A DNA stretch of 64,000 nt from a virus: positions 4,271 through 68,270 of IMG/VR virus record IMGVR_UViG_3300009285_002995; one strand, given 5' to 3'. Every line of letters starts with the position of its first letter. Within the stretch, counting starts at the first letter, position 1. The notes below the pieces were generated by a model, which had not been told where the DNA came from, searched no databases, and was given only the letters and a program-made list of their open reading frames with translations. Shown here piece by piece: positions 9,428 to 17,560 of the stretch. Position numbers and translations under genes: made by a program.

Positions 9428-9621
9428 TGGATCTTTTCCCAGAATTAATATATAAAATAGGGTTTTTATTTGGTAAAATCCTATTAGGATTGCTTGGGAT
9501 TTTTGTTGGCGGTTTTATAGTCTATTACGTTGGGAGACTATTTGGTTTAGGAATGGCAAAAAGTTTGAAAGAAATGTTTACTAACCGAAAGGAGTATAAA
9601 GATGGCAAGCGACCTAGATAG
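9427..9621 (+). CDS. small membrane protein
   Basis: One long hydrophobic, Gly-rich segment. Confidence 0.6.
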   Translation: MDLFPELIYKIGFLFGKILLGLLGIFVGGFIVYYVGRLFGLGMAKSLKEMFTNRKEYKDGKRPR

Positions 9622-10657
9622 AAAATTGGCTGAGGCAATTGCAAAAAGTTATAGCAAACGTGACAGTGGCGGGAAGTTTAAAGGCATTTTCAGGGACGAT
9701 GTAGAATTAAAATTCTGGAAATGCTCGGCAGACGAACACCACATTGACATCTTGCCATACCTTACTGCAAAACAGGACCCCGACTATTGGCTGGATGTTT
9801 ATACACACAGCAAGGTTGGGGTGAATGAGAACACCTATGTTTGTATGGCCGACTCATTTAGTAAGCCATGCCCTATTTGTAAATACATCAATGACATTAA
9901 AAAAGACCCTAATGTCAGCGAGGAACAGGCACAAGCTGTTTGGGCGGCGCAGCACGCTGTACGACGCAGTATTTACAACATCATCTGCAATGACAACAAC
10001 AAAGAACAGGACAAGGGAATCCAAATATTTGATGTTGCGTGGTGGAACATGGAGAAGCACCTTGGGGCGCTGTGCAAACGCAAGGACGGTGGGTTTAACA
10101 CACCATTTGCGTTGAAGAATGGCAGCGAGCTGTTTTTTACTCGCAGCGGCAGCGGGCCGAAAAATACAAACTTCTATGGGCATAGGTTTGAACCAAGGGA
10201 TTATAATTATCCAGATGAAATACTTACACAAACCTACCCGCTTGATCAACTTATTGTACTGCCCGAGTATGAAGAATTAAAAGAGATCTTTTACAGTGCG
10301 CTCGACCTCGACCCTACACCTGCAAAGGTTGTTGATATGAAACCGGCAGAAACAAACAGGGTCTTTAGGGAAGCGCAAAGCATGAATGAAAACGCTGGCG
10401 TACGACAGCCGGAAGAAAAACACACTCACACAAGCAGAGCGCTTAAAGAGTGTCCAGCCGGTGGGAAATTCGGCATTGACATAGGTAATTATCCTGAGTG
10501 TAAAACCTGTGATATCTTCGACACCTGTAGTGATGAGAAAGAGTTCTCTAGTGGCAACAAATCTCCACAGGAAGAGAAAACAGAGCATAAAGCTGCAACA
10601 GAACAGCCAGCCGAGCAAAAACAACCGGCGCAGGGAATAAGAAGGATACCTAAATGA
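9602..10657 (+). CDS. gp32-like single-stranded DNA-binding protein
   Basis: H...C...CPIC zinc site (VYTHSK...VCMADSFSKPCPIC), low-complexity C-terminal tail, position between UvsY-like and RecA genes. Confidence 0.7.
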   Translation: MASDLDRKLAEAIAKSYSKRDSGGKFKGIFRDDVELKFWKCSADEHHIDILPYLTAKQDPDYWLDVYTHSKVGVNENTYVCMADSFSKPCPICKYINDIKKDPNVSEEQAQAVWAAQHAVRRSIYNIICNDNNKEQDKGIQIFDVAWWNMEKHLGALCKRKDGGFNTPFALKNGSELFFTRSGSGPKNTNFYGHRFEPRDYNYPDEILTQTYPLDQLIVLPEYEELKEIFYSALDLDPTPAKVVDMKPAETNRVFREAQSMNENAGVRQPEEKHTHTSRALKECPAGGKFGIDIGNYPECKTCDIFDTCSDEKEFSSGNKSPQEEKTEHKAATEQPAEQKQPAQGIRRIPK

Positions 10658-11733
10658 TCGAGAAAATAGATACAAAAAGGATAGCAAAGCAGGTTGAGGA
10701 GAGTGTTACTAACAAAGGGGACGATGAGATTCCTTTACAAAAGGCCTCTATCCCTACTGGTTCAACACTCCTCAACCTCGCCTGTTCCGACAACCCCTTC
10801 TTTGGCTACAACGCTGGGAAGGTAGTAAACATCGTTGGTGATAGCAGCAGCGGGAAGACACTACTGGTGTTAACGATGTTGGCTGAGATGGCACGCAACA
10901 GCGATTTCGACGAATATGAGCTTATTTATGACGATGCAGAGGTAGCGTTAGAATTTGATATCGAAAAGCTATTCGGCGTAAAAACAGCAGAGCGTGTGCA
11001 ACTCGAGACAAAAAGCAACAAGGTTGGAGAGTTTTACAGCAATATTCTCAAGGTGATAGCGAAAGGAAAACCATTTGTGTACGTCCTTGACAGCCTTGAT
11101 GCTTTAAGCACAGATCAAGACGAGGAAGCTGCAAAGCAGTTTGCTAAAAAAGGAGAGGCAGAGGGGAGTTTCAAACTTGAAAAACCCTCTCTTGTAAGCC
11201 AAATATTACGCTATATCATTGACGACATAAAAGACTTACAAGCCCTTGTTGTTGTTCTCTCACAGACACGACAGAACATAGGCGTTATGTTTGGCGAGAA
11301 GAAGCGCAGGAGTGGCGGAGATGCACTGCGCTTTTACAGCACCATTGAGACGTGGCTTGCAGTGAAGAGTAAAGAGAAATACAAGGAGCGGGAGATTGGC
11401 AGCAACGTAATCGCCAAGGTGAAGAAGAACAAACAGACAGGGAAGCTGCGGCATGTAGAGTTTACAACATATTATGATTATGGTGTAGATGATATAAACA
11501 GTTGCATTGACTTTCTTGTCTCTGAGAGCTACTGGAAAAAAGTAAACGGCAAGATAACAACAGCAGAAGCAGACAAAGACATCTTTGGTGTACACACTGC
11601 TGTTGCCCAAAGTGCTCTCGTGGAAGCAATTGAGGAGTCAAACCTTGAACGCCAGCTACAGGCAATTACTGGTGACGTATGGCTTGCCGTTGAGAAGAGT
11701 TTGAAACTAGGAAGAAAACGAAGATTTGAATAG
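10654..11733 (+). CDS. recA: RecA/UvsX-family recombinase
   Basis: IPTGSTLLN, Walker A GDSSSGKT, Walker B VLDSLDAL, SQTRQNIGVMFG, SGGDALRFYST, KVKKNK. Confidence 0.9.
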   Translation: MIEKIDTKRIAKQVEESVTNKGDDEIPLQKASIPTGSTLLNLACSDNPFFGYNAGKVVNIVGDSSSGKTLLVLTMLAEMARNSDFDEYELIYDDAEVALEFDIEKLFGVKTAERVQLETKSNKVGEFYSNILKVIAKGKPFVYVLDSLDALSTDQDEEAAKQFAKKGEAEGSFKLEKPSLVSQILRYIIDDIKDLQALVVVLSQTRQNIGVMFGEKKRRSGGDALRFYSTIETWLAVKSKEKYKEREIGSNVIAKVKKNKQTGKLRHVEFTTYYDYGVDDINSCIDFLVSESYWKKVNGKITTAEADKDIFGVHTAVAQSALVEAIEESNLERQLQAITGDVWLAVEKSLKLGRKRRFE

Positions 11734-11759
11734 GTAAAGAGAATGGCTTTGCCAAACCG

Positions 11760-11803
11760 AACGTACAGCACTGGATTATCCCTTTTGTTCGGTGCTGTAC
11801 GTT
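11760..11803 (+). other. intergenic 16-bp stem-loop
   Basis: AACGTACAGCACTGGA pairs with TTCGGTGCTGTACGTT (two G-U pairs), 12-nt loop. Confidence 0.75.
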
Positions 11804-11819
11804 TACGTGAAAGAGTAAA

Positions 11820-12209
11820 ATGCCTAATAAAAATAAGATAAAAGGAAGTAAATTTGAACTTGACATTGTAAAATACGCCCAACAGTTTGGTTTTGAAGCG
11901 AAACGTGTCCCTTTATCGGGTGCGTTGCCAGACCTTCCTGAGGACGTTGTTATAGATGGAGGGTTATACCAATGCAAAAAGAAGAAAAAACTTCCACTGT
12001 GGCTGGAATATCCAAAAGCAGTGGGGGTTATTATGGCGCAGGACTATGGGCAACCAATGATACTATTGCCACTGGCTACATACCTTGGACTATTAAAAGA
12101 GTTAAAAGAGGCACAGAATGGCGCTGTTGAAAATACAAAACTCACAGATACCATGCGAAGAGAATACACACCTATTGTTACAGAGCCTAGCAAAAGTCCA
12201 CTTGATTGA
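11820..12209 (+). CDS. Holliday junction resolvase (Hjc-like PD-(D/E)XK nuclease)
   Basis: KGSKFE...GFEAKRVPLSGA...D...QCK pattern. Confidence 0.75.
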   Translation: MPNKNKIKGSKFELDIVKYAQQFGFEAKRVPLSGALPDLPEDVVIDGGLYQCKKKKKLPLWLEYPKAVGVIMAQDYGQPMILLPLATYLGLLKELKEAQNGAVENTKLTDTMRREYTPIVTEPSKSPLD

Positions 12210-12366
12210 AGAGGAGTTTACACTAATTGAATACAATGATTTTCTTCGTCTAATGTTTTTAGATGCTGAGTTTATTAGCGGGACATATCAACAATACAAA
12301 ATAGTAGAAGCAATTTGTGGTTGTTTGGGACATACAAATGGACTTTTTAACAGAAATAATCATTAA
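12118..12366 (+). CDS. hypothetical protein
   Basis: 82-aa ORF filling the gap between resolvase and SbcC-N. Confidence 0.4.
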   Translation: MALLKIQNSQIPCEENTHLLLQSLAKVHLIEEEFTLIEYNDFLRLMFLDAEFISGTYQQYKIVEAICGCLGHTNGLFNRNNH

Positions 12367-13405
12367 AAACTTCCAGAGCCATAAGCATACTGTATTACCC
12401 CTTACCAGTGGCTTTAATGTTATTAGGGGGCAAACTCGCAGCGGTAAAACGGCAATTATAAGGGCTTTAAACTGGCTGTTAAATAACCGCCCACAGGGTT
12501 TTAAGTTCAAAAGCACTTTTGCTACCCCAGCGCAACAAACAAGGGTTGTGATAAAAACCGACAGCGGCAGTGTAATTGAACGCATACGTGATGAAAATGC
12601 AAATTGTTACCTGTTGGCGGGCAAAAAGTTTGAAGCATTAAAAGGTGATGTACCAAAAGCAATCATTGATGAACTAAACATAACAGATATTAATTTTCAA
12701 ACCCAGCACGAAGGTTTCTTTTTATTGCAAGATAGTGCTGGGGACGTTGCCCGTAAATTCTCCAAGCTTGTTAACTTAGACATAATTGACAAGTGTATAA
12801 AATGTGTTAACAAGATCATAAATGATTATGACTCAAAAAAGCAGGTAGCCGAGGAATATATTGAGAAAAGTAAAGACCTGCTTGCCCCATATGCGTCTAT
12901 AGACGAGCAAGAGAAAGAATTGACAGCGTTAGAGGTGCAACAGGCAGAATACCAAAACTTAAAAGCCGAATTTGAGCAGTTACAAACCCTGTGTTTAAAT
13001 GCCACCACGCAGCGAGAAAGGGTTGAATTTTGGTCGCAATGGCTAAAGTGCGAGCAATCATACCTCTCACTTAATTCTGATATTCAAGAGTATAACAAAC
13101 AGGCCCAAGATTATAAAAATGGGGTAGAGTTCTACAACCTTTGCTGCACACAAAAACAAAAGGTAGAGGCTTATACAGATTGGTTAAGTGTTGAAGGACC
13201 TCACTCTATAATTGAAAAAGATATAGAGCAATATAAAAAACTCTCTGTAGAAGCAGTAGATTTAAAAAGAAGTATTGACAGTGTAATTCTCAGCCAAAAC
13301 CTCCTTAACAAAATAGAAAAAGAACTTCAAAGAGACATTGAAATGTTGCAGAAATCTTTTCCTGCAACATGCCCTTTGTGTGGACAGCCCGTGGGTGAAA
13401 ACTGA
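12338..13405 (+). CDS. SbcC/Rad50-like ATPase, N-terminal half
   Basis: IIIKNFQSH, Walker A GQTRSGKT, Q-loop NFQTQ, coiled coil ending in zinc-hook CPLCG; no Walker B. Confidence 0.85.
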   Translation: MDFLTEIIIKNFQSHKHTVLPLTSGFNVIRGQTRSGKTAIIRALNWLLNNRPQGFKFKSTFATPAQQTRVVIKTDSGSVIERIRDENANCYLLAGKKFEALKGDVPKAIIDELNITDINFQTQHEGFFLLQDSAGDVARKFSKLVNLDIIDKCIKCVNKIINDYDSKKQVAEEYIEKSKDLLAPYASIDEQEKELTALEVQQAEYQNLKAEFEQLQTLCLNATTQRERVEFWSQWLKCEQSYLSLNSDIQEYNKQAQDYKNGVEFYNLCCTQKQKVEAYTDWLSVEGPHSIIEKDIEQYKKLSVEAVDLKRSIDSVILSQNLLNKIEKELQRDIEMLQKSFPATCPLCGQPVGEN

Positions 13406-13495
13406 TGCTAGATATTAACGCCACCTAAAGGTCACGTCGACGTTTAGCCTCTTGTTTTGTACAAACACCCACGGGCTATCTTTTAAAGGTACTAA

Positions 13496-13672
13496 ATGAG
13501 TACAGACCACAAAAACAAATCAATAGTAAGCGACATGGTTAACTCCAAAGGAGAAGTTGTAAGTTTTACATTAACCGAGCGTGATGGGAAATTGATATTA
13601 CAGACAAGCAATGGGCATTTAGAGATAGTGCCAGTAAACACCAACGAACTGTGGATTGAGATAAAGAAATGA
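13496..13672 (+). CDS. small hypothetical protein (58 aa)
   Basis: MSTDHKNKSIVSD...; ATGA overlap with the next ORF. Confidence 0.5.
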   Translation: MSTDHKNKSIVSDMVNSKGEVVSFTLTERDGKLILQTSNGHLEIVPVNTNELWIEIKK

Positions 13673-13842
13673 AAAAATGCCCTGTTTGTAAGCGTACAAT
13701 CAACGGGAGGAAAAAGTTATGCCACAAATGCGCACACGAGGGTGGCCTTAGCTATCGCCTTAGCTATCAGAGAACATACCATATATGGAAAAAGGTTGTA
13801 TACAGATGGTTAGCACAATGGTTTATGGAGGGTAAAATATGA
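13669..13842 (+). CDS. small Cys-rich putative zinc-finger protein (57 aa)
   Basis: MKKCPVCKRT...LCHKC; ATGA overlaps at both ends. Confidence 0.5.
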   Translation: MKKCPVCKRTINGRKKLCHKCAHEGGLSYRLSYQRTYHIWKKVVYRWLAQWFMEGKI

Positions 13843-14804
13843 AAGTATTAGCATTGCCTGATTTGCATATTGATGAAAAGAGACCACAGTGCAGGACAGA
13901 TGAAGATTACTTTGCTACGTGTCTTAGCAAGATTAAGTTTTGTGTCGAACAAGCAATTACAAATAAAGTAGATGTTGTATTACAACCTGGAGATTTTTGG
14001 AACCGCCCACGAATCAGCTATAACGCCTATGCACAAATAGCTAACCTGTTGACTATCCTTCAAACCTGTAAAATACAAGTATATTGTGTGTATGGGCAGC
14101 ATGATCTTGATTTTAGAGACAAAAACAACACTATGATGAATAGCCTTCAAAAGAGCGGGCTTGTATATATTGCTGGAGAAGGGCAGAGGATTTTTATTAA
14201 CGACAAAGACTCTCCCGGTAAAGGCGTATACATTTACGGTTGCAGTTATGATAGTCCTGTGCCGACTGTACAAGAGCGTGACTGCCCTTCCATACTAATG
14301 TATCACGGGATGGTGTTAAAGGACGAGAATAGTAAGTTGTGGGCTGAACAGACTGGGTATAAAACCATAAAAGATTTTCTCGAATGGGACTTGGTGATTA
14401 GTGGAGACAACCATACAAGCTTTAATATTGATTGTAGCAGTGGGCATAGCACCACAGGTATTGCAAAGGTAATTAATTGCGGCTGTATGATGCGCAATAC
14501 AATTGATATGTTTGACTATAATCCAGTTATATCATTTATTGAAATTACCAGCAACAATATTTTATCAATGCCAATAGCAGTACCAGTACAGGCGGCAGAA
14601 AAATGCTTTTGTAATGTTGAGGCGATAAAAAAGAAAGACGAACAAGATGAGAAAATAAAAGAATTTATTAAATCACTGTCTGGCGACATAACTATTAATG
14701 ATATAGACTTTGTAAAAAACCTGACAGAGTTTATAAAGACGAATGAAATAACAACCGAGGTTCAAACAGCAATTCAAACAGTGTTAAAAAATGCTGGAAA
14801 GTGA
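13839..14804 (+). CDS. SbcD/Mre11-like metallophosphoesterase nuclease
   Basis: PDLH, PGDFW, GQHD, YHG and SGDNH calcineurin-like motifs. Confidence 0.88.
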   Translation: MKVLALPDLHIDEKRPQCRTDEDYFATCLSKIKFCVEQAITNKVDVVLQPGDFWNRPRISYNAYAQIANLLTILQTCKIQVYCVYGQHDLDFRDKNNTMMNSLQKSGLVYIAGEGQRIFINDKDSPGKGVYIYGCSYDSPVPTVQERDCPSILMYHGMVLKDENSKLWAEQTGYKTIKDFLEWDLVISGDNHTSFNIDCSSGHSTTGIAKVINCGCMMRNTIDMFDYNPVISFIEITSNNILSMPIAVPVQAAEKCFCNVEAIKKKDEQDEKIKEFIKSLSGDITINDIDFVKNLTEFIKTNEITTEVQTAIQTVLKNAGK

Positions 14805-15234
14805 CATAATTGATCTGTTAAAGGCAATTAAATTGACATTAAATCTAAAAGACATTAAACATTTAGATGCACGATTAGATTGTCTTTTAGACCCAAGTCA
14901 AATAATAGAACATGAATGGAGGTATAGTGCAAATCGTGACGACTATCGAGAATTCTATATAATTTTTTACGACTATACAAAAAATGAAGTGCTTAAATTG
15001 ATAAGTGGTTTTCCTCTTGTAGATGAGCTTGAAATTATAACAAAAAAGGGAATGCAAACGATTTTCTCTATTAACGAATTATCTCAAAGTATATTCAACC
15101 TTGAGGGCGGTATGTTGGCAACGGTTGGCATATCAGACAGTTATAAATTAACACGCATTATTACAGAGTATATTACAAACGCATTACAAGAAAGAAATAA
15201 CAAAATTGCAATAGGAGAGATATATGCTCGATGA
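14791..15234 (+). CDS. hypothetical protein
   Basis: 147-aa ORF overlapping both neighbours. Confidence 0.55.
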   Translation: MLESDIIDLLKAIKLTLNLKDIKHLDARLDCLLDPSQIIEHEWRYSANRDDYREFYIIFYDYTKNEVLKLISGFPLVDELEIITKKGMQTIFSINELSQSIFNLEGGMLATVGISDSYKLTRIITEYITNALQERNNKIAIGEIYAR

Positions 15235-15469
15235 AAAGATTATAAAAGACTTGACAACATTGAAGCAAAAAATTGACAACGGAAAAAGTGAGCGGGACAA
15301 AACAAAAGGTGCATTAGAGGAAAACCTTAAAAGGCTACAGCAAATGTTTGGTGTTGAAGCTATTGAGGAAGCCGAGAAGCAACTAGAGAAACGCAAAGAA
15401 GCGTTGCAAAAACTCGAGGAGAAGATTAATAAAGGTTACGAAACGCTGAAAGGTAAATATGAGTGGTGA
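15224..15469 (+). CDS. coiled-coil protein, possible middle piece of split SbcC
   Basis: Heptad-rich 81 aa directly before SbcC-C. Confidence 0.6.
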   Translation: MLDEKIIKDLTTLKQKIDNGKSERDKTKGALEENLKRLQQMFGVEAIEEAEKQLEKRKEALQKLEEKINKGYETLKGKYEW

Positions 15470-16055
15470 TTTTCAAACCCTGCGTAGCAAATTAAACGAG
15501 CGCAAAGCGGCAAGAGATGTTATCCTTGGCACTGTTCAGTACAACAAACAACAGCTAAAAGAGATAGGGGCTGCTGTAGATACGTACCTACAGGCACGTA
15601 CAGTTATACAAACAGTGGGCGAGCGCACACAGCAAAACTTGGAGCACGAGCTGGAAAGCATTGGACAACTGGCATTAAACAGTATATTAGATGACCCGCC
15701 AGTGTTCAAGGTTAAATTCGTACAAAGAAGGAATCAAACAGAGTGTGACATAACACTTGACGGACAAGCACCGCTGGATGGTGATGCAGGTGGGGCATTG
15801 GATATAATAAGCTTTGCCCTGCGCATATCCTTTTGGTGTATTAACAAAAGTAGACATGTCTTTATCTTAGATGAACCATTTCGCAACCTATCACCAGATT
15901 TACATAATAAAGCAGGGGAACTATTGAAACAATTGTCTAAAGAGCTGGGGTTGCAATTTATTATAATTAGTCACTCAGTTGATATTAATGAGAATGCAGA
16001 TAGGGTATTCTCAGTACGTAAGACCAACGGAGTATCATTAGTAACTAAACTTTAA
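15459..16055 (+). CDS. SbcC/Rad50-like ATPase, C-terminal half
   Basis: Coiled coil, degenerate signature DAGGALDIISFALR, Walker B ILDEPF, H-switch IISH. Confidence 0.85.
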   Translation: MSGDFQTLRSKLNERKAARDVILGTVQYNKQQLKEIGAAVDTYLQARTVIQTVGERTQQNLEHELESIGQLALNSILDDPPVFKVKFVQRRNQTECDITLDGQAPLDGDAGGALDIISFALRISFWCINKSRHVFILDEPFRNLSPDLHNKAGELLKQLSKELGLQFIIISHSVDINENADRVFSVRKTNGVSLVTKL

Positions 16056-16122
16056 CGAAATTTACGATACGTAAAGGAGGTGATGTAGCACTTAGTATCA
16101 TAACTAACATAGGAGGACACGG

Positions 16123-16521
16123 ATGAGGAAAATACTCATCGTCGCCCTAATATGCTTGGCTATGACCAGTCAAGTTCAGGGAAAAGAGATAAACATAAAA
16201 TGTAGAGTAACAAAATACACAAAAAAAGAGTGCCCTAACAAATACACGGCCTCGGGTAAAATACCAAGAGAAGGGTTTGTTGCATTAAGCAGAGACTTAT
16301 TAACAGAATATAAAATTCCTTGGGAGGCAGAACTTGAAATTAAGGGGCTATTTAAACAGAAGACAAGGTTTTCAGTCGAGGACTCAACAGGCGATAAGAT
16401 CAAGAAGAAGGATGGCACGTTTTTTTACATTAGAAGAACAGTCGACTTCTTCGAAGAACACTACAAAGACAGAAGACTCAGTGGTGAATACTGGGTCACA
16501 ATCAGATGGAGGACAAAATAA
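16123..16521 (+). CDS. secreted 3D-domain (MltA-like) peptidoglycan-active protein
   Basis: Signal peptide; VTKY...TASG...VALSRD...VEDSTG...RTVDFF three-Asp pattern. Confidence 0.7.
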   Translation: MRKILIVALICLAMTSQVQGKEINIKCRVTKYTKKECPNKYTASGKIPREGFVALSRDLLTEYKIPWEAELEIKGLFKQKTRFSVEDSTGDKIKKKDGTFFYIRRTVDFFEEHYKDRRLSGEYWVTIRWRTK

Positions 16522-16543
16522 TGATAATTAATGGAGGTTAGAA

Positions 16544-16867
16544 ATGACTGGTAAAGAAATGGATGACTTTTTAGAAGCACACCAAGAAATAAGATGGGCA
16601 ATAGAAGACGACAAAAAGGCCATTCGTTTTCGCAATGTTAACCTTCAGTGGTACAAAGAGGATGAAAACGCCGTAACAAGGATTACAATGGTTAAGCTTG
16701 ATCAGCTTACCACAAACGAATTGTTGATGGCAATAAATAAAGGTTTAGACGTTGAACAAATAACACGAGTAACTGGGTACTTTGGCAAGGTAAAATCATT
16801 TAATCCGGGGAAGATTGGGGAACTTGTAGACAGAAAAACCCAAATACGTGAGAACAGAAGCTTTTAA
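16544..16867 (+). CDS. stand-alone class III ribonucleotide reductase (NrdD) C-terminal glycyl-radical domain protein
   Basis: ITRVTGYFGKVKSFNPGKIGELVDRK matches the NrdD RxxGY...FNxGKxxExxxR terminus; only 107 aa with its own RBS. Confidence 0.8.
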   Translation: MTGKEMDDFLEAHQEIRWAIEDDKKAIRFRNVNLQWYKEDENAVTRITMVKLDQLTTNELLMAINKGLDVEQITRVTGYFGKVKSFNPGKIGELVDRKTQIRENRSF

Positions 16868-16886
16868 ACACAAAAGATGGACTTGT

Positions 16887-17051
16887 ATGCAATGGATTTG
16901 CTGCAACAACGTGTGGCAATTATTAATCTCTATCAGCTATTCAAACAGGGCATTTTGGAAACCAATTTGCCCTGTTTGTGGTCGCAAAGGAGAAAGTTAT
17001 GATGAAACTTTACGTAAAGCATCATCCAAAAATACGTTGAATTGTGTGTGA
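16887..17051 (+). CDS. small putative zinc-ribbon protein
   Basis: MQWICC...CPVCG; 3' end overlaps the redoxin gene in another frame. Confidence 0.4.
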   Translation: MQWICCNNVWQLLISISYSNRAFWKPICPVCGRKGESYDETLRKASSKNTLNCV

Positions 17052-17280
17052 CGAGGCAGTTAGCATCGTAAAAGGCAAAGACATTGATTGTAGTATTGTG
17101 GCTGTGGATTCTACAATTTTTAGCGAACAGGTCGACGCTCTTGTAGATATTTGTTACTATGGGTTAACAAGTAAAGGTTTAGAAATTGAAGTGCCTATAC
17201 TTGTGGTTGAAGATGATGAAACAGAGAGGTTTGAGATAAAAACTGGGGAAGATGTTATTTTAGCATTAAAAAGTGCGTAA
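16999..17280 (+). CDS. glutaredoxin/NrdH-like redoxin with in-frame TGA (candidate selenoprotein, UxxC)
   Basis: RBS AAGGAGA, ATG 16999, MMKLYVKHHPKIR-TGA(17038-40)-IVCDEA...VPILVVED; in frame with ORF 17044..17280; cis-Pro VP motif of the thioredoxin fold. Confidence 0.7.
17051..17069 (+). promoter_or_regulatory. candidate bacterial SECIS hairpin
   Basis: ACGA-G-GC-[AGTTA]-GC-A-TCGT; loop begins after a 17-nt spacer from the TGA and has GU at loop positions 2-3. Confidence 0.5.
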
Positions 17281-17281
17281 A

Positions 17282-17314
17282 TTTTGTCATTTTACATATA
17301 ATCCAGTGTATAAT
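17282..17314 (+). promoter_or_regulatory. putative phage promoter, copy 2
   Basis: TTTTGTCATTT-N8-ATCCAGTGTATAAT, matching 8833-8865. Confidence 0.65.
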
Positions 17315-17415
17315 GCTATATAGCTGGGTAAGTAAGCACTTATAAAAAATTAAGAGCAAAAACGTCTGGCGCTGCTGGACAACAGAAGTAACAATAGCAG
17401 AATGGGAGTGAAAAT

Positions 17416-17535
17416 ATGTCAGTTTCTATACCTGAAATATTACGAAGAATTGAGTATTTGGAAGACAGAGTAGAAAAACTGGAAAAAAGACTTGAGGAAT
17501 TAATTGAAAAAATAGTCAATTTAAGGCATAAATAA
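17416..17535 (+). CDS. small coiled-coil peptide (39 aa)
   Basis: GGGAG RBS; RRIEYLEDRVEKLEKRLEEL heptads. Confidence 0.45.
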   Translation: MSVSIPEILRRIEYLEDRVEKLEKRLEELIEKIVNLRHK

Positions 17536-17560
17536 AATAATAATATAGTGGGAGGAAAAT

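Noticed and set aside
13405-13495. Short palindromes ACGTCGACGT and TTTGTACAAA after SbcC-N
   Set aside because: 10-bp palindromes are expected by chance in 64 kb, and no repeated copies or supporting context were seen.
13745-13768. Tandem 12-bp duplication GCCTTAGCTATC x2
   Set aside because: Only two copies, in frame within a small ORF; a slippage duplication, not an array.
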